A stretch of DNA of 64,000 nucleotides from the NCBI GenBank assembly GCA_012295275.1, contig CM022677.1:4402001-4466000 (forward strand). Direction: 5' to 3'. Below the pieces are notes generated by a model that ran no database searches, was not told the DNA's origin, and saw nothing but the letters and a program-made list of their open reading frames with translations. This DNA comes from Chrysomallon squamiferum. Its lineage: Eukaryota > Animalia > Mollusca. Below, one piece after another: positions 54,180 to 64,000 of this stretch (positions within the stretch are counted from its first letter, which is position 1; each line of letters opens with the position of its first letter). Made by a program: the position numbers and the translations under genes.

Positions 54180-55624
54180 ACTTTAGAAATGTGCTGTTTA
54201 ATGGTTCAATAAACCTAATGTAATTCATTGGCCTTAAAGTTCCACCAAATCATTAACAACTGGATTTTAGAGAAATCATTAAATAAATATTTTATTATGT
54301 GAGTCATGTTTCACTTCTTAGGCAGAGAAGTAATTTTATTCCTCAGATTATTTAGTGACAGCACCTTTCCTCACAATCTAGAGATTGTTATTTATTGTCA
54401 TCTTAGAACAGATGCCTCACAGGAAACAACATGCCCACCTGTCTGTACATAATGTGTTTAAAAGAAAATTACATATTCAGTCAGTAAACAAAAACAATAT
54501 TAATTTTTTAAATATTTAATTACTAGTTTAATCTTAAAAGCCCCTAGTGCTTGTACAAACTTCAATCTGCATTTATCAGTAGCTCCACCCATCTCAAGTA
54601 AGGCTAAAGTTGTGAGCACATATCACTAAAGGGAGGTAACTCTAATTGACATAATTTTTACTTTGCCGAGTAAACTCCTCCCACTTCCGATGACACATCA
54701 TGGTTTATGTCACGTGACCTTATTATGTCACCCATATTATATATATAAAGAAAGTGATGTTACCACAATCTTTTGTAGATGAATCTGGAATCGGAAAGTA
54801 CTGCTGTGGAACCTCCAAAAATGCCGAGATTTGATCCCACGATCTCACACACGTGAACCTGCTGACAAGAAACATTAAAGTTTCAGCTTGGTTCTGTACT
54901 TCACAAGCTGTGTGAGGGCGGGGCAGACAGCCAGCGTGCTGGGGACTAGGGCAGGGGGGTTTTTTTTTTCTTAAACTATTCTTTTTATTATTCTCTGTTA
55001 CAACCTTCTATTATGTGAATAATTTTTTTATTAGAATTATTTTTTCTTAACTTCGCTGAATAATTAAACTGCATAACTAAACAAATTAAATGAAACAAAT
55101 CTAAATTCGAAAATGTATCATTATTTTGTTTTTATTTTCCTTTATCAACATTTGTTTAGTTTTTGTTAATGCTTTATCCATTATCATTGTTATATTCATT
55201 CTATTATTAATGGATAACAGAGTTATTTCCCTTAGACTACTTTGTCTATGAAATTGACTAATTATTATTAGTAGTAGTAGTAGAAGTAGTATCTCTATTT
55301 GTGTATTCTTAGTTTATTTCATATATTTAAAATGTTTCAGAATAAAAATAAGAATTTAAATTTATTACTAAATTCAGTTTTGATACGTGAAAATATGTAT
55401 ATGTTAGTTATTATGATTAAAGAAAGAGAGTTTTGGGTTTCACTACGACTAAGATTGTATGTTTTCATGAAAATTTCATTTCACTGTAAAAATGTAGTAT
55501 AAAAATTTCAGTTACATATAAATACTGTTTTTCATCCATTCATGCTGACAGTTTAAATTTCACTGATATGATGATTTCTAGAGCGTGGAATGTAACATCA
55601 ATTCAGGTGTTTAAAAGTGTAATA

Positions 55625-55665
<41 letters not shown>

Positions 55666-58150
55666 GTTTTCATCTTTCTTTCATTTTTGTTTGTTTTTAT
55701 TTTTGTTGTTGATATTATTGCTAACACTATTATTATTTTTATTATTGTTATTATTGCTAATATTGGTGTTATAGCTGTTGCTTTTTATGTTGGTTAATTT
55801 TGCTTTAGGCAGAATTGATAATTTTGTGTGGAGAGAAGAAAGCAAGTTAGAGAGAGAGAGAGAAAAAGACAGAGACAGAGAAAGACAAAGAGAGAGAGAT
55901 ACAGACAGAGTCAGACAGATAGAGAGAGAAAGAGAGACAGAGACACAGAGTGTCAGAGAGACAGAAAGAAAGAGTGAGTCAGAGAGACATAGACAGTCAG
56001 AGACAGAGAGAGAAAGACAGTCAGAGAGACAGACAGGGACAGAGACACAGAGGGAGAAAGAGACAGAGAGAAAAAGAGACAGGGACATAGGGAGACAGAG
56101 ATAGAGAGATAGAGACAGGGAGATAGTCAGAGAGAGAGACACAGAGACAGAAATACTGAGAGAGAGAAAAGAGAAAGAGAGAGAGAGAGAGATTCAGAGA
56201 CAGAGACAGAGAAAGAAAAAGAGATTCAGAGACAGAGACAGAGACAGAAAGAGAGATTCAGAGAGAGACAAAGAGAAACAAATATACAGAGACAGAGAGA
56301 TATAGAGAGAGACTGTGAAAGAAAGACTGAGAGAGATGGACACAGACAGAGACAGAAAGAGATTCAGAGAGAGACAAAGAGAAACAAATATACAGAGACA
56401 GAGAGATATAGAGAGAGACTGTGAAAGAAAGACTGAGAGAGAAAACACTAACAGAACAAACTAACCATTAACAAAAATACTAACCACTAACAAATACTAA
56501 CAAACAAAATACTAACAAACAAAATACTAACATTTAACAAATAAACATTAACAAAATAAACAAACAAATACTAACCATAACAAAAAATACTAACAAACAA
56601 ATACTAACCATTAACAAAATACTAACATTTAACAAATACTAACCACTTAACAAAATACTAACATTTAACAAATACATTAACATTTAACAAATACTAACAT
56701 TTAACAAATACTAACATTTAACAAATAACATTTAACTAAACTAACAAAATACTAACATTTAACAAATACTAACATTTAACAAATACTAACTTAACAAATA
56801 CTAACAAAAAATACTAACATTTAACAAATACTAACATTTAACAAATACTAACATTAACAAAACTAACCACTAACATTTAACAAAAAACTAACATTTAACA
56901 AATACTAACCATTAACAAAATACTAACATTTAACAAATACTAACAAACAAATACTAACAAATACTAACCATTAACAAATACTAACAAAAAATACTAACCA
57001 CTAACCACTAACAAAATACTAACCAAACAAAATACTACAAAACCACTAAAAATACTAACATTTAACAAATACTAACAAACAAATACTAACATTAACAAAT
57101 AACAAATACTAACCACTAACAAAATACTAATCACTAACAAAATACTAACCACTAACAAAATACTAACATTTAACAAATACTAACTATTAACAAATACTAA
57201 CCACTAACAAAATACTAATCACTAACAAAATACTAATCACTAACAAAATACTAACATTTAACAAATACTAACTCTTACTAACATCCCCTACGTGTACTGA
57301 ACCTCACCGTGGTGTAGGGTGGCAACATCTCCAAAGGGAATGGCTAATTAGTACATTAATATAATAACATTTAATTGGATAGATAGATAGACAGATTGAT
57401 AGATTATGATAGATAAATAGAAATACCTACATAGATAGTTACTGAAGATAGATGAACAGATGGATACATAGAGTATAGCTACTTTTTCTAATTTCAAATA
57501 GTGTCATTAATTTGAAAGCCCTTTCTATATACAGATAGACAGCCAGACCAACAGAATATAGACAGAAGTGTATGTACTTAAGAATAAGTTATGACATATA
57601 AATATCTGGCTTTCTTTCTCTCTCACTCTCCAAATTACTCATCCTTACTTACCTGCATGTTTCTATCTATCTATATATTTGTTTTATTTCATCATGTCTG
57701 TCTATATATTTGTTTTATTTCATCATCAGTTTCTCTGGCTATTTGTCTATCTATGTATCTGTCTGTCTGTTGATCAACCTGTGGTGTAGCTTAATCTTAT
57801 TACCTGTCTAGCTAACCATTCATTCATCACTAAATCCATTTACCTATCTATCCTCTATCTGTCTGTTTATCTATCTATCTATCTATCTATCTATCTGTCT
57901 ATCTATATATTTGTTTTATTTCATCATCAATTTCTCTGGCTATTTGTCTATCTATGTATCTGTCTGTCTGTTGATCAACCTGTGGTGTAGCTTAATCTTA
58001 TTACCTGTCTAGCTAACCATTCATTCATCACTATATCCATTTACCTATCTATCCTCTGTCTGTTTATCTATCTATCTATCTATCTGTATATATATACACA
58101 CATATATATTTATATAATTATCTCTTAAAAATCATACACACAGGGCACAC
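54180..58150 (+). repeat. Segmental duplication copy 2 of 241-4870
   Basis: Colinear homology with deletions (TSR exon region, left part of the IR element) and expansions (56446-57270; a ~200-bp tandem duplication at 57700-58085). Confidence 0.93.
56446..57272. repeat. Degenerate ~17-bp A/C-rich minisatellite (aaatactaacatttaac)
   Basis: Dozens of imperfect units; almost no G on the + strand. Confidence 0.93.
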
Positions 58151-58947
58151 TTCTCTGTTTCATAGTGAGATCAATACCTGTTCTCTCTCTGTAACACACA
58201 AATACATATAACCACACCTACATATCAGTCTCTCTCAGTCTAGCCATTTATCTATAATCTATCTAACACACATATAAACATACTCTTATTCACACATTCA
58301 GTTAGATACCAATCCTCTAACATAAATACAAATAATCACTATTATGAATCTATGTATCTATGAACTATTTATGTAGTTTATGCAGCATGTGTGTGTGTCC
58401 ATATATATATATATATAAACATTATTCACTCATTATTTATTTATTTATATTTAATATATCGTCTCTCTATCAATCATCTTTCTCAAAAATCCACAAAAAG
58501 TTCACATACACATTTATATATCCATTCTCTCTAACACAAACATATAGTTATACATACACATCAATTTATCTATGTTAATCTGTACATATCTATCTATATA
58601 TGTAACTAATTATTGTCTACCTAACCTATCAATCTATTTCTCAATCGATCAATTCATCTAACTATCTCTACATCAATCTATCTCACCCTCTCGGTTACAA
58701 ATAGCACAGTCTATCTTGCAAACACACATACACACATATTTACATACACACTCTCTATTAATATCGTATTTAATTATTCAAATATTTATTCTTTTTATCT
58801 ATCTATAAATATATTTCTTTATCTATCTATTTATGCCATATACATAAGCAACAGACTCAGTCTTTCTTACAGATGTGCAGTATATACTCATGTCTCCTTG
58901 CATTTATCTAGCTTTTTCTGTCTTTCAATTTACATCTCTATCCACCC

Positions 58948-58984
<37 letters not shown>

Positions 58985-59108
58985 TACTAATCATCTTTAA
59001 ACACACAAATACATTATCATTCCTATACATACACACACACACACACACACATATGTAGGTACATATACATACTAATCATCTTTCAACACACAAATACATT
59101 ATCATTCC

Positions 59109-59160
<52 letters not shown>

Positions 59161-60389
59161 TACTAATCATCTTTAAACACACAAATACATTATCATTCCT
59201 ATATATACACACACACACACATATATGTAGGTACATATACATACTAATCATCTTTAAACACACAAATACATTATCATTCCTATATACACACACACACACA
59301 CATATATGTAGGTACATATACATACTAATCATCTTTAAACAAATACATTATCATTCCTATATACACACACACACACACACATTCCTTAACATCTATCTAT
59401 ATGTCTATCAGTCTGTCTACAAATCAATCTACCAAACTAGTAACATACCTACATATCAGTTTATCTCTCTAGCTTATACGTCTGTTTTTCAATAACCATC
59501 TCTCAATCATATGTCCAGCTACCTGAATATCTAACAATATACTACTTCAAACCTTGCTATCTTGCTGAATGTCTGTCTATATAATCTATCTGTATTTATT
59601 TCTGTGTGTGTATATATACACACAGAGATAAATAGTTACATCTTTCTGTATTTATCTCTTTTTATCTATATATATATCTGTATTTATCTCTGTATATCTA
59701 TCTACATAATCTATCTGTATTTACCTTTGTATGTCCGTCTATATAATCTATCTATATTTATTTATATCTGTGTATCTGTCTATATAATCTATCTGTATTT
59801 ATCTCTGTTTATCTATCTATATAATCTATCTATATTTATTTATATCTGTGTATCTGTCTATATAATCTATCTGTATTTATCTCTGTTTATCTATCTATAT
59901 AATCTATCTGTATTTACCTTTGTATGTCTGTCTATATAATCTATCTATATTTATTTATATCTGTGTATCTGTCTATATAATCTATCTGTATTTATTTCTA
60001 TATATCTATATATAACCTGTGTATTTATCTCTGGATATCTATCTTTAAGTTATCAGTTCATCACTAACGCGATCCTAACACAGATCCAATCCTCTCTGTC
60101 TTCTGTCTGTCTCTGTGTGTATTTATCTATGTACATTTACATCATCATATCCACTTTACCATCATACTTGCTTACACCTATCTATTTATCCATCCATCGA
60201 ACTCTAAGGAAATGCCTCCCTATATATATTTCTCTATCCATCAATAACAATCCGTTGAATCAGCTATTCATCTTCCTGACTATCTCCCTAAATTATTATA
60301 ACTACATTTTATATCTAGCTTTCTGTGTTACTGTCCATTTATAACTCTCATTCACAATTCCATTATTTAGCGATCCTTATCAATCACTG

Positions 60390-60442
<53 letters not shown>

Positions 60443-61361
60443 CACTTTCTATGTCACATATCTATATGTATCTCTATATGTATATCTATGTACACAATTT
60501 CTCTTTCTATCTACATAATCAACCTACCTAACAGTTTATATATCAATAACATCTATCAGTCTAAACATCTTCTTGTCTACATACCTACGTATCACCTTCA
60601 AATCTTGCTATATTTCTGTATGTTTGCTCACATATATACTCAATACATTCACTCTTCAAAAAAAAGACAAGCAATGTTTCATCTATATACTATTCCCTGA
60701 TCCAGCTTACATACCTACACCTATAGCTATATATATATATATATATTCAGTCTTCCACCTTACCATCATACTTGCCTACACCTACTTGTCTGTCTGCTAC
60801 ATAACTATCTACCTACATATCTGTCTGTCTGTTACATAACTATCTACATACATCTACATATCAACCTACTGAACTACTGGGCTACCTACCTACCTGTCTG
60901 TCCTGTGTGTCTGCTGTCTGTTAGATAACTATCTACATACATCTACATATCAACCTACTGAACTACTGACCTACCCACCTGTCTGTTAGATAACTATCTA
61001 CATACATCTACATATCAACCTACTGAACTACTGACCTACCTACCTATCTGTCCCTCTGTGTGTCTGCTGTCTGTTAGATAACTATCTACATACATTTACA
61101 TATCAACCTACTGAACTACTGACCTACATACCTATTTGTTTATCTATCCACATTACAACAGATCAATAACCATCCATCAATCATATATCTAATTCCCTGT
61201 CAAACTACCTACATACATAACTAACTGTGCCTGCATTACAACCTGTATGATTTATATATACATCTGTACGTCTACACTCTCAGCCTGGCACACAAACACA
61301 CGACAGAAAGAAGAAAACACAGAATAGATAAATGGCCATTGTCATGTTTACCTATCTACCT

Positions 61362-61940
61362 AAATTCATCTACACCTATCAATTCATTTGTTAACTTCTA
61401 CTGATCTAACTGTCTATCAGTCTATCAATTCATCTACATCTATCAATTCATTTGTTAACTTCTACTGATCTAACTGTCTATCAGTCTATCAATTCATCTA
61501 CATCTATCAATTCATTTGTTAACTTCTACTGATCTAACTGTCTATCAGTCTATCAATTCATCTACATCTATCAATTCATTTGTTAACTTCTACTGATCTA
61601 ACTGTCTATCAGTCTATCAATTCATCTACATCTATCAATTCATTTGTTAACTTCTACTGATCTAACTGTCTATCAGTCTATCAATTCATCTACATCTATC
61701 AATTCATTTGTTAACTTCTACTGATCTAACTGTCTATCAGTCTATCAATTCATCTACATCTATCAATTCATTTGTTAACTTCTACTGATCTAACTGTCTA
61801 TCAGTCTATCAATTCATCTACATCTATCAATTCATTTGTTAACTTCTACTGATCTAACTGTCTATCAGTCTATCAATTCATCTACATCTATCAATTCATT
61901 TGTTAACTTCTACTGATCTAACTGTCTATCAGTCTATCAA
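61362..61940. repeat. 64-bp tandem array (~9 near-identical copies)
   Basis: aattcatttgttaacttctactgatctaactgtctatcagtctatcaattcatctacatctatc repeated. Confidence 0.97.
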
Positions 61941-64000
61941 CATCTCTTTCTTTCTTTCTTTCTGTTTATCTTCCTGTTTATCTCTTTACCTGTTAACCTC
62001 CCATCAGACAGTCAGTCTCATATCTCTGTCAATCATCTTTCCATTTCTTCAAATGGTTGCTCTCAAGTTAACTTCTAATATTGTCTATGAAAACAACATT
62101 AAGCTGGAACCTGCTTGTTGTCTGTCTGTAAATATCATTGCTCCACATATTTTCATTTCCTCTATAATTTGTAATGTAGAAACACACAAAGCTTTTGCAC
62201 TGTCATTAGTCTTGACAGTAGAAGTTTTTTGTTCCCTTCAATAATAACCAAGAATCATCCACTGTTAACTATTGGAGAATAATCAATCCACACTAATGTG
62301 TATTGACAACATTTTCTCTGGAAACTGCTTTGGAAAGAAAAATCCACCTTTTGTGAATAATAATAATTGTTCCATATCAGTAAATACCTCATCTGTTTAA
62401 ATTCTTCTCCCTCTTCTTGTAACTGAAGCTGATTCCAGAATCTTGTCTTTCCTGTAGATACAACAATAAAATGTAATAGAATAATAAGTATTTTTGATTG
62501 TGTTTAATTGTCTGTAATGTTAGAAAGAAATTATTAAATATAAACATCATCTGTCTCTTATTGTAATAGATTTTAACAATAAATCACAAATAATTTAATC
62601 AAAAAATATATATCTATAAAAAAGTATCACTACAAATTTTACATTATGGTCAATTTAAAAAAAACAATTGTCTTTTATAACCGAATTCATAAAAATATGT
62701 GAAAGTATTTCATTATGAAAGATTTTCTAATATTAAACAAGAAGAATGCACTGATTAGATCAAAATATTTTAAAGTTAAGCAATACAAACATAACATGAA
62801 AATGTAATAATAATAATAATACAAATACCACTAATATTTCTTAAAGCTGAAATCTATAAAATTGTGAATTCTCCTCTGAATCTTCAGCACTGACCTGCCT
62901 TGCACTGTAAGGGAGAGAAAGAGATCTGAAAACCTCTGTCGTTGTACAAGTGTTTAAAAGAAATACAAAATTTGACATGGACTTGACAGTTTCCACCTGT
63001 AAATTGAAAAGAATTCATTATCACCAGCCTATAAAAATGACAGGCATTTTAGTTAAATAACTATTTGATAAGTTCTGTCATTTATTAATTTACTAACAGA
63101 TACCAAAGCTTTTCAGTTCTGTGTCACTCTCCACCAGGTATGTGAATTCAGTCACTTTGATTACAAGCTGCATTACTTTTTTGGAACACTTAGAACTGAT
63201 TCTATACATCTAATTTTAGATTTGATTAAAAATATATAAGTTAATAATCTGCCTACAACATTCAATTTATCCACAATAATAATCTTTTAATCCCAAAAGA
63301 TCAAGAGAATTCCAATTAATTACAAATATTTAACATTTTAAAATGTGATGATATAATTAATTCAAACCACAAAAAAGTCCTTTATACCTACAGATCTTTT
63401 TGTTATCTTTAAGAAAAAATATATATATTTTTTATAACATTAAATGACAGCTGAATAAATTCATAAAAAATAAACATTATCTGTGAATATCATTCAGTTC
63501 ATCAGCTAGTTTATGTATATTATTCTAACACAAAACTGCAGTGACTAAAATGTTGAAGTGTTATCTTGATCTGAACTGAACTTTTATCACCTACAAATCT
63601 ATGTTTATTAAAGTTAACAGATTTGAATCCTGAATGAGGAAGTGATCCAGCTGATAAAAAACAAAACAATAAATGAACGAAATAATGCAGACACTGCAAG
63701 AGTAACACAGAAACTAATCAACTCTGTGTCATCTGATATATAAAGTTTTCACTGGTAGGAAACAGAGTTGTAAGGATTTACATCTGCTTCTTCCTGAACA
63801 ATGGCAGTTTATAGCATAATTACCACCAACTTGATCACTATGCATTTCGAAGGTACATTTTTAATGAATATCAAGGAATTTTTATAAAACAGAATCAAGA
63901 AATGAAGTACTGGTTTTGACATAAGTATAAAATGTACTGATCTGTCTTCTATCTGAGTTACCTGAAAGGTCTTCCAAGCTGGTCAACAAAATCCTCTGAA

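Noticed and set aside
56446-57272. Telomeric repeat
   Set aside because: No TTAGGG or TTAGG units; the motif derives from a local seed seen in the paralogous copy.

Overview
This is eukaryotic (animal, probably invertebrate) genomic DNA: very AT-rich, dense in microsatellites, with GT-AG introns. I found no intact protein-coding gene, and most of the supplied ORFs are artefacts of simple repeats. The window is a patchwork of five kinds of sequence. (1) Decayed host-gene pieces: a thrombospondin type-1 exon, three consecutive EGFR/ErbB kinase exons, a KASH5/LRMP-like EF-hand exon in two copies, several weak RRM-like exons, and an intronless, disrupted prolyl 4-hydroxylase alpha copy. (2) A ~6.2 kb run (17.9-24.1 kb) of fragments from up to six unrelated transposon families, all coding on the + strand. 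(3) An intron-containing Sola/DUF7869-like transposase relic and a 5'-truncated RNase H-bearing LINE with a 12-bp target-site duplication. (4) About ten unrelated minisatellites, including a 189-bp array amplified from the piggyBac catalytic core. (5) Mosaic segmental duplications linking 0.2-4.9 kb, 31.6-32.2 kb and 34 kb to the 47.6-64 kb region. The most interesting hypothesis, which is inference only, is a uni-strand piRNA-cluster-like or transposon-trap locus. All family calls come from manual translation and motif recall, not database searches.
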